This document shows, in pieces, positions 17,431-28,138 of a stretch of DNA of 64,000 bases; the stretch's first letter is position 1, and every line of letters starts with the position of its first letter. Source of the DNA: Plasmodiophora brassicae (lineage: Eukaryota); assembly GCA_036867785.1 (NCBI GenBank), contig CP145420.1, forward strand, positions 434,001-498,000. Reading direction: 5' to 3'. Under the pieces are notes generated by a model. The model was not told the origin of the DNA, ran no database searches, and saw only the letters and a program-made list of their open reading frames with translations. Position numbers and translations under genes: made by a program.

Positions 17431-17841
17431 TCAGGCGGAGTCGTTGAGAAGGTCGGCAATCTCCTTGTCGATAGCGCATTCGAGGCTGGGCACCGCCCCG
17501 GACGGAGCACGCTCTGTCCCGGATTCGAGTTCGGCGACCTGTTTCTGGAGGAGTGCTTCTTCAGCTTCGAGCGCGCGCAGAGCGACGCCGGCATCAACAA
17601 CGGGAAGGTTCTCATCAGGCGGTCTGTCGGAGAAGTCCAGCGCCCGTCGTCCGGCGTTCGCTTCGGGGCCGCCGGCCTTCTTCGCGTTCATCGCGATCAG
17701 CGCTTCGCCAATCATACGCGCCCGTGACGCCGACAACGGCGTGAACGGCCCTGGGCGGCGGCGCGCTGTCGACGGCGTCGCCCCTGTCGCGGCGCCACCC
17801 CGCTTCGGCGTCGATGGCACGGGGTACCCCGTCGCCTTCAT
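17431..17841 (-). CDS. Hypothetical disordered/coiled-coil protein (about 136 aa)
   Basis: Single-exon ORF with coding-like GC3 bias, TP motifs, RRALDF and a short coiled coil. No recognised domain. Confidence 0.55.
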   Translation of the reverse strand: MKATGYPVPSTPKRGGAATGATPSTARRRPGPFTPLSASRARMIGEALIAMNAKKAGGPEANAGRRALDFSDRPPDENLPVVDAGVALRALEAEEALLQKQVAELESGTERAPSGAVPSLECAIDKEIADLLNDSA

Positions 17842-17963
17842 CGCTCGCGTCAAACTGCGCCGCCAGGTCCCCCCTCGGAAAGCGACTGGATGAGTTCACA
17901 CGGCACCATGCACAGTCTCGCCATACGATAACAAACACATCGATATATTAACGCCTATGCGCT

Positions 17964-18806
17964 CTACCAGCCGTACTTGGCCTTGGCCAGTTTACGACGG
18001 TCGGCACCCTGTGCGGCTCTTGCCCTGATCTGGTCCTCCATCACCGAGGCGCTGCTGGCCATGTTGCTGATGTGATGCCGTCTGGACGCCTGCCACTGCA
18101 CCTTCGACGTTGTCAGGATGGCGTTCTGTTTGGCGTTCCAGATCGATGCCGCAGCAGCAGGCATTTCTCGCTGAGACGCCAGCGGGTCGGTGCCGCCATC
18201 AGGGCGGCTCCAAAGGTGTTTACGAAGGTCGTTGGCGGTGATGTCGATGAAGCGACCTTTAGACATTTGCGCTTCGAAAGCATATTCGGATTCAGGCCCT
18301 GTCGCTGACAGCGTCGATGGCTGCGATTGAGTGTGGAGATACGAGAACAGCGTCGGCGGCGGTTTCAATCCCGGAGGTGGACGAACGACGCGGCCGTCGA
18401 GGCGAACCTCAGGAATCAGTTGCTCGGGTGGCAATAGGGGCGGCGGAGGAGCTGGGCCTTGCTCTTCTCCAATCAACAGTCTCGGCGCATCATCGCCGTT
18501 CTTCGCGTCCGACGACGGCACTGCAGCGGCAGCGGATTCAACCGATTGTCCATTCGCATCGTCTCGCTCCTGCCCGGTGCGTTCGGCCGCCAGTTTTCGT
18601 TTACGGCCCGATTTCTTCGGCGGCGGCAACGCCGCCAGTGCCGGCGCAATCGACGCCGCACGATCCTGCGACGCATGCCCCTCTACGCCCACCTTATCCG
18701 CGGCTGGCACATGCGCGGTGGTCGACACCGACCGCACGAGCGGCGGCTGGCGTTCCACGACAGCGTCATCGTCGGAGTCGGACGCGTAACTGACGATGCC
18801 GTTCAT
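17964..18806 (-). CDS. PRCC: PRCC-like proline-rich protein
   Basis: N-terminus MNGIVSYASDSD and C-terminus RRHHISNMA...KLAKAKYGW resemble the conserved PRCC termini (LVAYASSD; KHQIT...QAKYGF). Confidence 0.75.
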   Translation of the reverse strand: MNGIVSYASDSDDDAVVERQPPLVRSVSTTAHVPAADKVGVEGHASQDRAASIAPALAALPPPKKSGRKRKLAAERTGQERDDANGQSVESAAAAVPSSDAKNGDDAPRLLIGEEQGPAPPPPLLPPEQLIPEVRLDGRVVRPPPGLKPPPTLFSYLHTQSQPSTLSATGPESEYAFEAQMSKGRFIDITANDLRKHLWSRPDGGTDPLASQREMPAAAASIWNAKQNAILTTSKVQWQASRRHHISNMASSASVMEDQIRARAAQGADRRKLAKAKYGW

Positions 18807-19145
18807 TGCGACTGCGCGCACTCCGCAGCGTGTAGGACGGTACGCAACCTTGACGCCCGGCGCTGCGGCCGTAGGTGCCCGTCAGTGCCGCTGACAGGTA
18901 TGCTACCGGCCACGTTCGCACCTGCATCCGCAGCTCTGCCGAGGTCGCCGCCGCTCCCCAAGACGTTGCAACATTGAAACGAGCGCTTGAGAGTGCTTTG
19001 ACCAATGGCCGGACCGGGTGTCGGATGGTGCGGATGACGTTTGCCGCCCAGTCCACTACAGGTTGAGGGTATGCCCAGGATGGAATGTCGGAAGTATTCG
19101 TTGGTCTGTTCGATGGTTCCCGCAATCCGTAGAGTTCCAGTGGAA

Positions 19146-20960
19146 ATGGACCCGCTTGCCGCTGCCCGTGAGCTCAGGGCTGCTGGGGCGCCCAGCATCG
19201 CGGTTTGGGCGCTGCAAGCAGCCGCGAAGGCGGTAACGTGCGGGCGCGCCGCTATGGAGATACGCCTGGAGATTGCGGCGATTGCGTCGGAGCTGGGCTG
19301 GGACATGGCGCAGCAGTTACAAGTGCTGAACGACATCGTGCGGCTTTTCGAACAGACGGCACCGGATGAAGATGCCGTTGGCATGGTTTTGCAGGCCCTT
19401 CGCCAGGGAATGTCGCTCTGCCTTCGCCATGGCGACCTTCGCCAGGCCATGGCGTCCGTCGATCGCGCCATTGAGATCGCTGCGCGATACGATCGCGTTG
19501 AATGGTTGGTCCCGTTCGTGTTCGGCGCCTGCCACGCTCTCGTTGGTCGTGGCGATCTTGTTTCCGCTGCTCGGTACAGTAAGTGCACTTGATCGTGCGA
19601 TGCTCTCGCGAACCGCTGATCATGAATTGCAAAGTGGCTGTTCTGAAGTCGTCATCGCACGATAAGCCACAACATGCTGCCATTGTCCGGCTTGTCCTTG
19701 GTCACATCTCCATCTTGTCTGAAGAGGACCCTGCGTGTGATGTCGCCCAGATCGCCGGTGTTCTCCCGGATCAGCTGGCCCAGTACGCTGCCGCCTTGAT
19801 GCTTGTACGAGGGCCCGCCCTTGATTGCTCCCAGGCTACGTGGGCATATGAACGCCTTGCGAAACCGCTGCTGGCCCCCTCGTCCAATGTAACGGTACTG
19901 GATGGCCTGGGGATACCAATCCAGTGGGCGACGAGCAGTACAGTCGCGGCTCTGTATGCTCTGCTTCGGTGCATTCAAATGCGGTCGCTGGGCCGCAATT
20001 CAGAGGCGGGGTCTTTCGTCAATTTGGGCCTAGACCTCGATGCACACGCTGTCGACCCCGTTCTGCGTTCGCTCTTGGAAGCGCAATCAATTCAGCTCAT
20101 CCTGTCTCGGTTCGATTTGGTATCTGCTGCTCATCGCTTGTCATCGTTTGTAAGCCGCCCCGATAACACGTTGATTGCGGCAACCGAGTCACTTCTAAGA
20201 GCACAGGTAGGTTGCTCATGTTCCCGCCTTACAGTTGTCAATGCTGACTGTGCCAACTGTCTCACAGTACGCAATGGCGACTCGAAACGTCGACGCTGCC
20301 GCCACACATGCTCGCTTGCTGCAAAGCCGAATGCAGGATACGCACGCTCCATTAGTTGCTTTCGCGAGCATTCTGTTGCACCTGTTGAGCCAGTCTGCGT
20401 CGTCGCCAGCCAACGCGCTCGAGGCAGCCATACAGATTGAGGCGTTATCATGCCCCTCTAGTCGAGCTTCGCTGATCGCTTCAGGTTACCTGTTTGGCCT
20501 GGGCGCAGCGGGTGGCCGCGCTGAGCAAAGCCTTCGTTCTGCGGTTTGCATGGATCCGAACCAGCAGGACAACCTGAGGGCTTTGGGGCTAGCCTTGCTG
20601 GCTGATGTCTGCGCGGCGAATCTCGACCAGGGTCTGGCTGGCAAGCTTCTTTGGCAGGCTCGTCAGCTGGCGATCCAGAGCGAGAGCCCTCGGACGATTG
20701 CCACAGTTACTGGGATTATTATGGTACAGGAAACGCGCCTGCTTGTCGAGACAATGTCGTTGATTACCCGGTGGGAACAGGGAACGCTGAATCATATGGG
20801 CGGCACTGATGAGATTATTGCGAAGTTCGTTGACCTTTATCATCCAGCTATTGCCATCTGTGCGAAGAGCGTCGAGATGGCCACATCATCTGCAACCCAC
20901 GTTCGTGCGATTTCTGCCGCTCGTCAGAACTGGCCAGGCGGCGGTGTCCCGTCTGCTTAA
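19146..20960 (+). CDS. MAU2/Scc4-like cohesin loader subunit (TPR-like helical protein)
   Basis: All-helical. The N-terminal AVWALQAA...EIRLEIA and internal IQWATSSTVAALYALL...GRNSEA resemble MAU2 motifs. Divergent; several introns. Confidence 0.5.
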
Positions 20961-21642
20961 GCCGGTCGGAATTGACACTCACAATTCGTTGAATTAACTA
21001 TTGTTTACACTTTGAGCAACCAACGTCAATGTTATGCACAATTTACAGGATATGGAGACGACGTTTCTCATGGAACGTACAACAAATTACCGAGAGAAAG
21101 AAGCAATGCCGCCGAGGGTCGGTAAAGCCAATGAAGAGGGACGCTGTTGCGAGCTTGATCATGCGCAGTCCAAACTCAAGGTCGAGGACTCAAGGGTGCC
21201 ATGTGGGAGAACTTGAGGAATATTCGAGAAGCGCACGGTGATCCAAGTTCGCAGGTTGGCTTATGGCTAGGGCGGGTGGCGACATTTGGGCCAGCGAATT
21301 CGTCAGACATGTGAGCGCTCACAAGACCTTCGACATACCCCACGTTTGGGACATCAACACTGTCTGCCGCAACAAGCCCTGCGATTTAACAGCCACGGTG
21401 ACCGGAACAATTGCCAGTACGCCCTTCGGTCGAACTCCCCTACTTGCTGTCCAGCAGTACATTTCAAGCCCTCCTTTGAGGAGATGAACTTGGAGATGAT
21501 CTTGTATCGTGGCAACGTTTTGTATATCAATAACGACAGCGCTTGCGCTCCTACGCAATTGCCTAGCCACGACGCAAGGTGCAAAGAGGAGTAGGGCGAC
21601 GCCCCTCTATCCATGCGTTGTGTTTACTTGTGTATACTACCG

Positions 21643-23551
21643 TTACTCTTCATACTGGATGCCTATAAGAAACCGATATAAGCAGAGACAGCGGGTCGTG
21701 AAGGTTGAGAAGCACTTACAGATGTTCTTCATTTCCGAAAAGAACTCTAATGACCGCATTCCACCCTCTTTGCCTATGCCCGACTCCTTGATTCCGCCGA
21801 AAGGAACGCGAAGGTCCCGTTTGAGCCATGTGTTCACCCATACCATACCTGGCCACAGTGGCCTCAGCGCGAACGAAATGATGACAGAGGTACACAGGCT
21901 TGCCTTACCAGTGTGCATGCGTCGCGTAACTCGGTGGGCTCTGCCCAAGTTCGAGGTCCAGACTGAACCAGCCAGGCCATACCGCACAGAGTTGTGGATT
22001 TGCACAGCTTCGTCTTCAGTGTCGAATGGATGAACGGTAACAACAGGCCCAAAGATTTCCTCGGTAGCGCATCTAGATTGGGTGGAGAGCCCAACAATAA
22101 CAGTGGGTTCGAAGAAGCATCCATTGGAAAACGGTGGCAAAAGTGAACCAGGGCGTTCGCCTCCACACAAGATCTTTCCTCCTTCTTCGGCAGCCAGTTT
22201 GACGTAATATTCGACTTTCTTCAGCTGCTGAGGAGATATAACCGAGCCCATCCAGCTCGTTTTTGGATCGCCAACTGTCAGGGACTTTGTCCGCTTGACG
22301 AAGGCGTCTAGGAACTTGTCTAGCAATGGACGCTCGACGAGGATGCGAGAGCCACACAGGCAAATCTGTCCCGAGTTCAGGAAGCTGGAACGCAAAACAC
22401 CTGCGCCCAGTTGTGCCAGGTGTCAGCCGCCAGCATGCGCTTTCCAATTACTGTCACAAGTACCCTCGATCATTTGATCGAAATTGCAATCTGCGAATAC
22501 AATGGTGGCGTTCTTGCCGCCAAGCTCCAGTGACAGCTTCTTGAACGTCTCGCTAGCAGCCACCGCAACGGTACGCCCTGTAACCTGTGGGAGCGGGCAA
22601 TCAGATCAGCCTCGACAACGACAGTGGAAGCGTACTGTGCCGCCAGTAAACGAAACCGCATCGACTGACGGCGACCGGATGAGGGGTTCCCCGGCCTCGC
22701 TACCCAACCCGAACACGAAGTTGGCAACGCCAGGAGGCAGCCCGACGTTCACAATTATGTTTGCCAGCGCATGCGCCGTTAACGGACTCAGCTCGCTTGG
22801 CTTGCAAACTTCAATAATCGAAGAGTCAGCAGCGGGTTCCCGACCGCATAATCTAGTATGCATACCGACTGTGCAACCCATCGCCAGCGCCGGCGCCAGC
22901 TTCCACGTCAGCCTGACCCACCATTATGTCATATCGTACTTGCAAACAATGCTCCATATTACAAATAGATTGGCCTGGACTGTCATGATGAATACCACAA
23001 ACTTCATATGTGAACTAGGCGCACACACTGACAGGTTCCAAGGCGTGATGAGAGCGGCCACGCCCACTGGCATCCGTTGAGTGTAGTTTATGGCACCAGT
23101 CATCTCCGTGCTTGGGGCCTCCTGCTGGCGAACCGCTTGCGCGAAGAATCGCAGATTGGCCACAGCCCTCGGGATGTCAACAGTACGCGCCAGCTGGACA
23201 GGCTTGCCAGTGTCCATCGACTCCAGCTCGGCAAAGTCATCGAGGCGCGCCTCAACCGCATCCGCGATTCTCTCTAGGCATCGAGCACGGTCTTCGACCG
23301 GCGTCTCCGACCACTGAGGGAAAGCACGTTCCGCAGCGGACCTGATAGGAACACACACACTTAGGCGTCATCGCAGGCTGCCATGCGCACGTGCAGCACT
23401 ACTACACTGCGGCGTCGACATCTGCAGCGCGCGAGCGCGGCAAAACTGCAATACGCTCTCCGGTGGCTGGATTGAAATCGTCGAGCGTGCCCCCGTCAGC
23501 AGCGGCGACGAACCGCCCGTCGACCAGGTTCAAGCATTGCAAGACCGTCAT
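21643..23551 (-). CDS. Aldehyde dehydrogenase, ALDH8A1 / 2-aminomuconate semialdehyde dehydrogenase-like
   Basis: ITPWNLPIYLLTWK (via a microexon), [29 protein letters not shown] (catalytic Cys), [16 protein letters not shown]. Confidence 0.9.
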
Positions 23552-23754
23552 CGGTCGCCCGCAAAACGCCAAATGAATGAAATTAAATGATGGACGCCGT
23601 CCGTTTGTGTATGCCGCCCCAAAAAAGCGTCGCGTTCTCTGGAGAACGGCTGCCTGTTGTTGGACGCGACTTTTCCGGAGTAGCCACGTGCGTGATCGTG
23701 CCAAGCTGCCGCGTGGATTTTGGCGGCCTGGTCCGTCAGTTGGCAGTCTGCCCG

Positions 23755-26700
23755 ATGAGCACCAACAGTGCCGGCCATGGGTTCCGGGGCGGCGGCGGGC
23801 CAGGGCAGGGTCGCGGGGGTGCACGCGGCGGCCGAAGTAACCGGCGACCGTGGCGAGATCGGCGCCCTGGGCCGCGACGCGACGTGTATGGCGGCCCTCG
23901 AACGTTCGAGGACGGCGAGATTGGAGGGCGGCGCCGACCGATCGGCGAGCCGGACATGGAGGCGGATGGGGATTTTCGCGGTGACCGTTTTCCGCCTTGG
24001 AGGTCTGGGAATCGGCGTCAACCCCTGCCGCCCGACTCGCGTTTCCATTCCCGTCAAGGCGGCGCCGGTGCCGTACCCAGCGACGCCAACCGGATTATGC
24101 CTCGAGGCCTGCCTGAGAGCGGTACGGAACGATTTCCGCAGGGTCCCTACAGTATGCATCGCATGAGCAGGGATTCGTCGCCCGCTCGATCCATGTCGCC
24201 ACCTCGGCGGAACGACCGCCCTGAACCTCCTGGCCCGGCTGGATCCAAGCCGCCGATATCGCTGGAGTTCCCCGTCTTAGGGCCAGTACCAATCTTGGAG
24301 CTACCTGTTCCCGATTTCCCAGCGGCAGCACCGATTAGAGGGCCCGCCAGAAGTGGCGCGGCATCGCCCACTGGCTCGGACAGAACGCAGTTGTTGTCGA
24401 AGTCGGAGATGCAGAGGTCGCCTCCAGATGGCGCCAGAACGACCAGTCGAGGTCCGAGCCCCACCATGATGGACCTACCTGTGGACCGCAACGCCCCATC
24501 GCGAAGCTCGCTTGCTATCGGAGCTGGACCCAACGTGTCGGTGGGACGGGAACGCGCTGGCCATTCACGCTCACGTTTCAGTATCGGCGCTTCGCCGGGC
24601 CCAGAAGACATCAGCTGGAGGTCGCAACGGGATCGACCTGTGGAGAGGCAGATCGCAGATATTCGTTCGTCAGGTCCCGACCTGCTCGAGGTCCAGCGCC
24701 AACGTCCGCTGTCTTCTAGCCCACCGAACTCGGGTCCAGTTATCCATGCCGACCGGATGCGACTTCTGTCAAGGTCAGAGCCTGAGACGGACGTTGCCGC
24801 CCAGAGTCGCTCGCGGATCCCGTTGAGGATGCCCTCACGCGGTTCCCTGCCGGGGTCGTCCTATCCGCCTCGTGAGGATTCTGGACCAAGCTCGCGCTCT
24901 GCTCCTGCGGCGGAGCATAAGCCGTCTGACGCGTATGGACCTCGGGCCGTTCGACGGTCTCGCTTTGATATCCCTCCAAGGAGTCCACCCGAGGAGCGTA
25001 TGCCGGTCGACCGCTCTCAACAGCCCCGAAGTTCGCTTCCTGTAGGTCCTGGGCCCACTGTGCACACTGAACGGATTCGCTTGCTGTCTTCTACACATCC
25101 CGCGGAGCTGGGAACCGGTGATGCTGTTCGAGCGAGGTCGCGCTTCGATATTCGTCCTCCTAGTCTGGCTCCCGAACAACCGGTGCAATCGTCACCTAGC
25201 GCAGCGACCCTTCGCGTCAGTGTCGGACCTTCTTCGCCTTCTTCATCCGCAAAGGACAGTGAGCCACGACGAATCGGTTTTGGTGAAGGCCTTGCGAAAT
25301 TCATTCGCAAAGTCGAATCGCCCAAAGCCGATCAGAATCCCGACGAGTCTGCCCAGGCACCCGATGCCGTTCCTTCATCTGCAGATGATCAGCGTCCTGA
25401 GGATATGGATGTGCCCATGGCAGATGAGACCACATCGACTCCTGTCAAGTTGCACCCAGCTACTGAATCCGCACCATCATCTACTCCTGCTGTAGATACG
25501 CCGTCTCAAGCTTCTCTGCTTGAGCGGATACAGAAACTCGATGACGACATCGCGGAAATTGAGGACGCAATCGCGCGACAGAAGGAGGTTCTTGAAGGTC
25601 GACCGGACACCAGTGCTCCTTTATCTGACGACACGGAGAGCCATGGAGCGTCGCTCGTGACCAGCGCAGATGAGAAGGCCGTTGTGGACCGTATTTACGC
25701 TGAGAACGCCCGGCTGTCCAAGCTGTCGTCGCACCAACTCGCGAAAGTGCTTCCTGGGTGGCTTACCCAGGCTTGTCCTCCCGGGGCGTTCTACACGCCG
25801 CTGTATCGGGAACCGTTGGAATGCGACCTCGTTCGTTCCACTGTGAAGGGGCACGTTGCCTCTCGACCGCGTCTTCTTCGTGCTGTCCGAGAAAAGAAAC
25901 TGGCAGCTGCGAACCTCTCCCGCCTCACTGCTCTGGAATGGTGGACGAAATATCGCGACTGGAAGGTGTACCTGTTTGAGAGTCGAAACCTTAACGTCCC
26001 TCCGTTCCGCTATCACATGAGTGCTGAGATCAAAGCCTACTATGCTGCTCGGCTGGCTCCGATTCCCAACATGCTCACCGACGAAGAGAAACGGTACCGG
26101 TCGTTCCGCAGTCGCAACGCACTCGTTGAGGACCCCAGACATGCCGAAAACCAACGGAAACTCGTTAATCCCTGGCTTGACGCGGAACGCGAAATCTTCG
26201 AGAAGAAGTACGCCAAGCACCCCAAGAACTTCGCTAAGATCGCCAAGTATCTCCCAAACAAGTCTGTTGGCGACTGCGTTGCTCACTACTACTCTTCGAA
26301 AACGGTCGTAAACTACAAGTCTCTTGTGAAGAAGTACCGGAAAATGGTCTTGTCACGCAAGGGCATCGAGTCCAACGACGATATCGACTTCGACGTTGCG
26401 AACATGGTCAATGAAGATGCCCCGAGGCGTTCTTCGTCTGCGTTCCCTCGGGAGATCTTGAAGCTGGCTGAGGACATTTCCCGGAACAACATCGAGGTGC
26501 AAGCTAGCCGAAGCCGTGCTCAGCGAAGGCGAACGGAAGACGATGAAGCCGCTGCATCTGGAGCGGTCAAACCGAAAGGAAAGAAGCCTTCTACGAGTAT
26601 CGACGACGAGCAGGCGGCAAAGGCGCAGTCGACTGGGAAGAAACGCAGTCGTGTATCGGGCTCTGCGTCATGGGACGCGCGAGAAAAGGAACTATTCGTC

Positions 26701-28041
26701 GAAGCTCTGTCACTGCATGGCAAGGATTTCGGCGCCATTGGTGAATACGTGCAAAGCAAGGACGCCGAGAAGTGCAAGAACTTCTTCAACAACAACAAGA
26801 CGAAGATGCTCTTCGACAAGATTCTTGCCGAACGTGAAGCCAGACTTGACAGCGAGAAGCCCGCTGTCGCAACGACAACGCAGGAGGATGGTAACGCGTC
26901 TTCTGCCAGTGTCAACGAGAGTGAAGGTGGTGGCGACGGCAGCGACGGCCAATCTGTCGAGGACGCCGCTGGTCAAGTGAAGGTTACCCAGCCTCGCCGC
27001 AATGTCAACTGGACGTCGGAGGAGAAGACGGCCCTTATGGAGGCGCTACGAGTGCACGGTCGCGACTGGAAGGCGCTATGTTCGGCGGTGCCAACGCGAA
27101 CTGAAACCCAGATCAAGAACTTCTATCAAAACTACAAGGAGAAGCTCGGCCTGGCCGCTATTGCAACTCAAGCATCCGGCCATGGGGACGTCCCCTCTGC
27201 TAAGCGTCCTCGAACCCTGGTTGCAGACTCCCCTGCGTTTGCCATGCCCGATGCCGTCCCCCAGTCTGTCGGTTCTGCACCATCCATTGTGCCGCTATCT
27301 GAACCTGCCGTCGTGCACACCGCTCTCCATCCCCACCCTATCGTCGCCCCTGCAGGCCAGCGAGCTGGTGGTGCCATCGGCGCTGTGCCGTCGTATGGCC
27401 AATATCCCAATCCTGCAATGCCGCCCATAGCGTTTGGCCCAATGGCGCCCATGATGTCCCCGCTGCCATATCATGAGATCTTGCGAAGCCTGGGTTCAGC
27501 GCTTCCCCCGAACACTGTCGTGTATCCGCCGTCGGCGTTCCCGTCCTATCCGTTGCCACCGCATCTCGTTGTGCCACATCCGTCGCCGATGGTGACAAAC
27601 CCGGTGGTACCACCGATTCTAGCATCGCAGTTCGTAAACTCATCGATGAGGACGGCGACGTTCCAGCCGATCGTCCTTGGCCCGGTGCCAACGTTGCCGG
27701 CACCCATGCCGATTGATCCTGCAGCCGATGAGCGAGACAGCGACCATCCGACGGGGCAATCCACGCTCGGCGGATTCGTCCCAACGGCCGATTCCCACTC
27801 CATCATCCAGGTCGACGAGACGGCAGACGATCAGATGGACATTGCCGAGGTGGCGGCCACCGCTGAGCAGGTTGTGTCCGCCGAGACGACGTATGACGAG
27901 GCCGTCCCGCCTGCCGGTCTGGACCATTCGGGATCACCGGCGCATCATGCCGATGCGGAACAACCCGGCGCCCCAGTTGACGATGACGGTTCGGCGGTCC
28001 CCGGGAGCGGCCCTGATGTTGTGACCCCTGGTTCTAATTGA
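23755..28041 (+). CDS. SANT/Myb-domain co-repressor (NCoR/Snt1-like), single exon
   Basis: Three SANT repeats (PWLDAEREIF...KNFAKIA; WDAREKELF; WTSEEKTAL). They are preceded by an NCoR-like coiled coil and IYAEN motif and a long disordered RG/SP-rich N-terminus. The ORF is open from 23587. Confidence 0.85.
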   Translation: MSTNSAGHGFRGGGGPGQGRGGARGGRSNRRPWRDRRPGPRRDVYGGPRTFEDGEIGGRRRPIGEPDMEADGDFRGDRFPPWRSGNRRQPLPPDSRFHSRQGGAGAVPSDANRIMPRGLPESGTERFPQGPYSMHRMSRDSSPARSMSPPRRNDRPEPPGPAGSKPPISLEFPVLGPVPILELPVPDFPAAAPIRGPARSGAASPTGSDRTQLLSKSEMQRSPPDGARTTSRGPSPTMMDLPVDRNAPSRSSLAIGAGPNVSVGRERAGHSRSRFSIGASPGPEDISWRSQRDRPVERQIADIRSSGPDLLEVQRQRPLSSSPPNSGPVIHADRMRLLSRSEPETDVAAQSRSRIPLRMPSRGSLPGSSYPPREDSGPSSRSAPAAEHKPSDAYGPRAVRRSRFDIPPRSPPEERMPVDRSQQPRSSLPVGPGPTVHTERIRLLSSTHPAELGTGDAVRARSRFDIRPPSLAPEQPVQSSPSAATLRVSVGPSSPSSSAKDSEPRRIGFGEGLAKFIRKVESPKADQNPDESAQAPDAVPSSADDQRPEDMDVPMADETTSTPVKLHPATESAPSSTPAVDTPSQASLLERIQKLDDDIAEIEDAIARQKEVLEGRPDTSAPLSDDTESHGASLVTSADEKAVVDRIYAENARLSKLSSHQLAKVLPGWLTQACPPGAFYTPLYREPLECDLVRSTVKGHVASRPRLLRAVREKKLAAANLSRLTALEWWTKYRDWKVYLFESRNLNVPPFRYHMSAEIKAYYAARLAPIPNMLTDEEKRYRSFRSRNALVEDPRHAENQRKLVNPWLDAEREIFEKKYAKHPKNFAKIAKYLPNKSVGDCVAHYYSSKTVVNYKSLVKKYRKMVLSRKGIESNDDIDFDVANMVNEDAPRRSSSAFPREILKLAEDISRNNIEVQASRSRAQRRRTEDDEAAASGAVKPKGKKPSTSIDDEQAAKAQSTGKKRSRVSGSASWDAREKELFVEALSLHGKDFGAIGEYVQSKDAEKCKNFFNNNKTKMLFDKILAEREARLDSEKPAVATTTQEDGNASSASVNESEGGGDGSDGQSVEDAAGQVKVTQPRRNVNWTSEEKTALMEALRVHGRDWKALCSAVPTRTETQIKNFYQNYKEKLGLAAIATQASGHGDVPSAKRPRTLVADSPAFAMPDAVPQSVGSAPSIVPLSEPAVVHTALHPHPIVAPAGQRAGGAIGAVPSYGQYPNPAMPPIAFGPMAPMMSPLPYHEILRSLGSALPPNTVVYPPSAFPSYPLPPHLVVPHPSPMVTNPVVPPILASQFVNSSMRTATFQPIVLGPVPTLPAPMPIDPAADERDSDHPTGQSTLGGFVPTADSHSIIQVDETADDQMDIAEVAATAEQVVSAETTYDEAVPPAGLDHSGSPAHHADAEQPGAPVDDDGSAVPGSGPDVVTPGSN

Positions 28042-28138
28042 ACCCGGCTACTCGACCTACAATATTCATATCGTAGAATAAAGTAATATTTGCTCCCGAT
28101 TCCGTACTGTTGCGTAAAACAGGAGAACGCTCAGTTTA

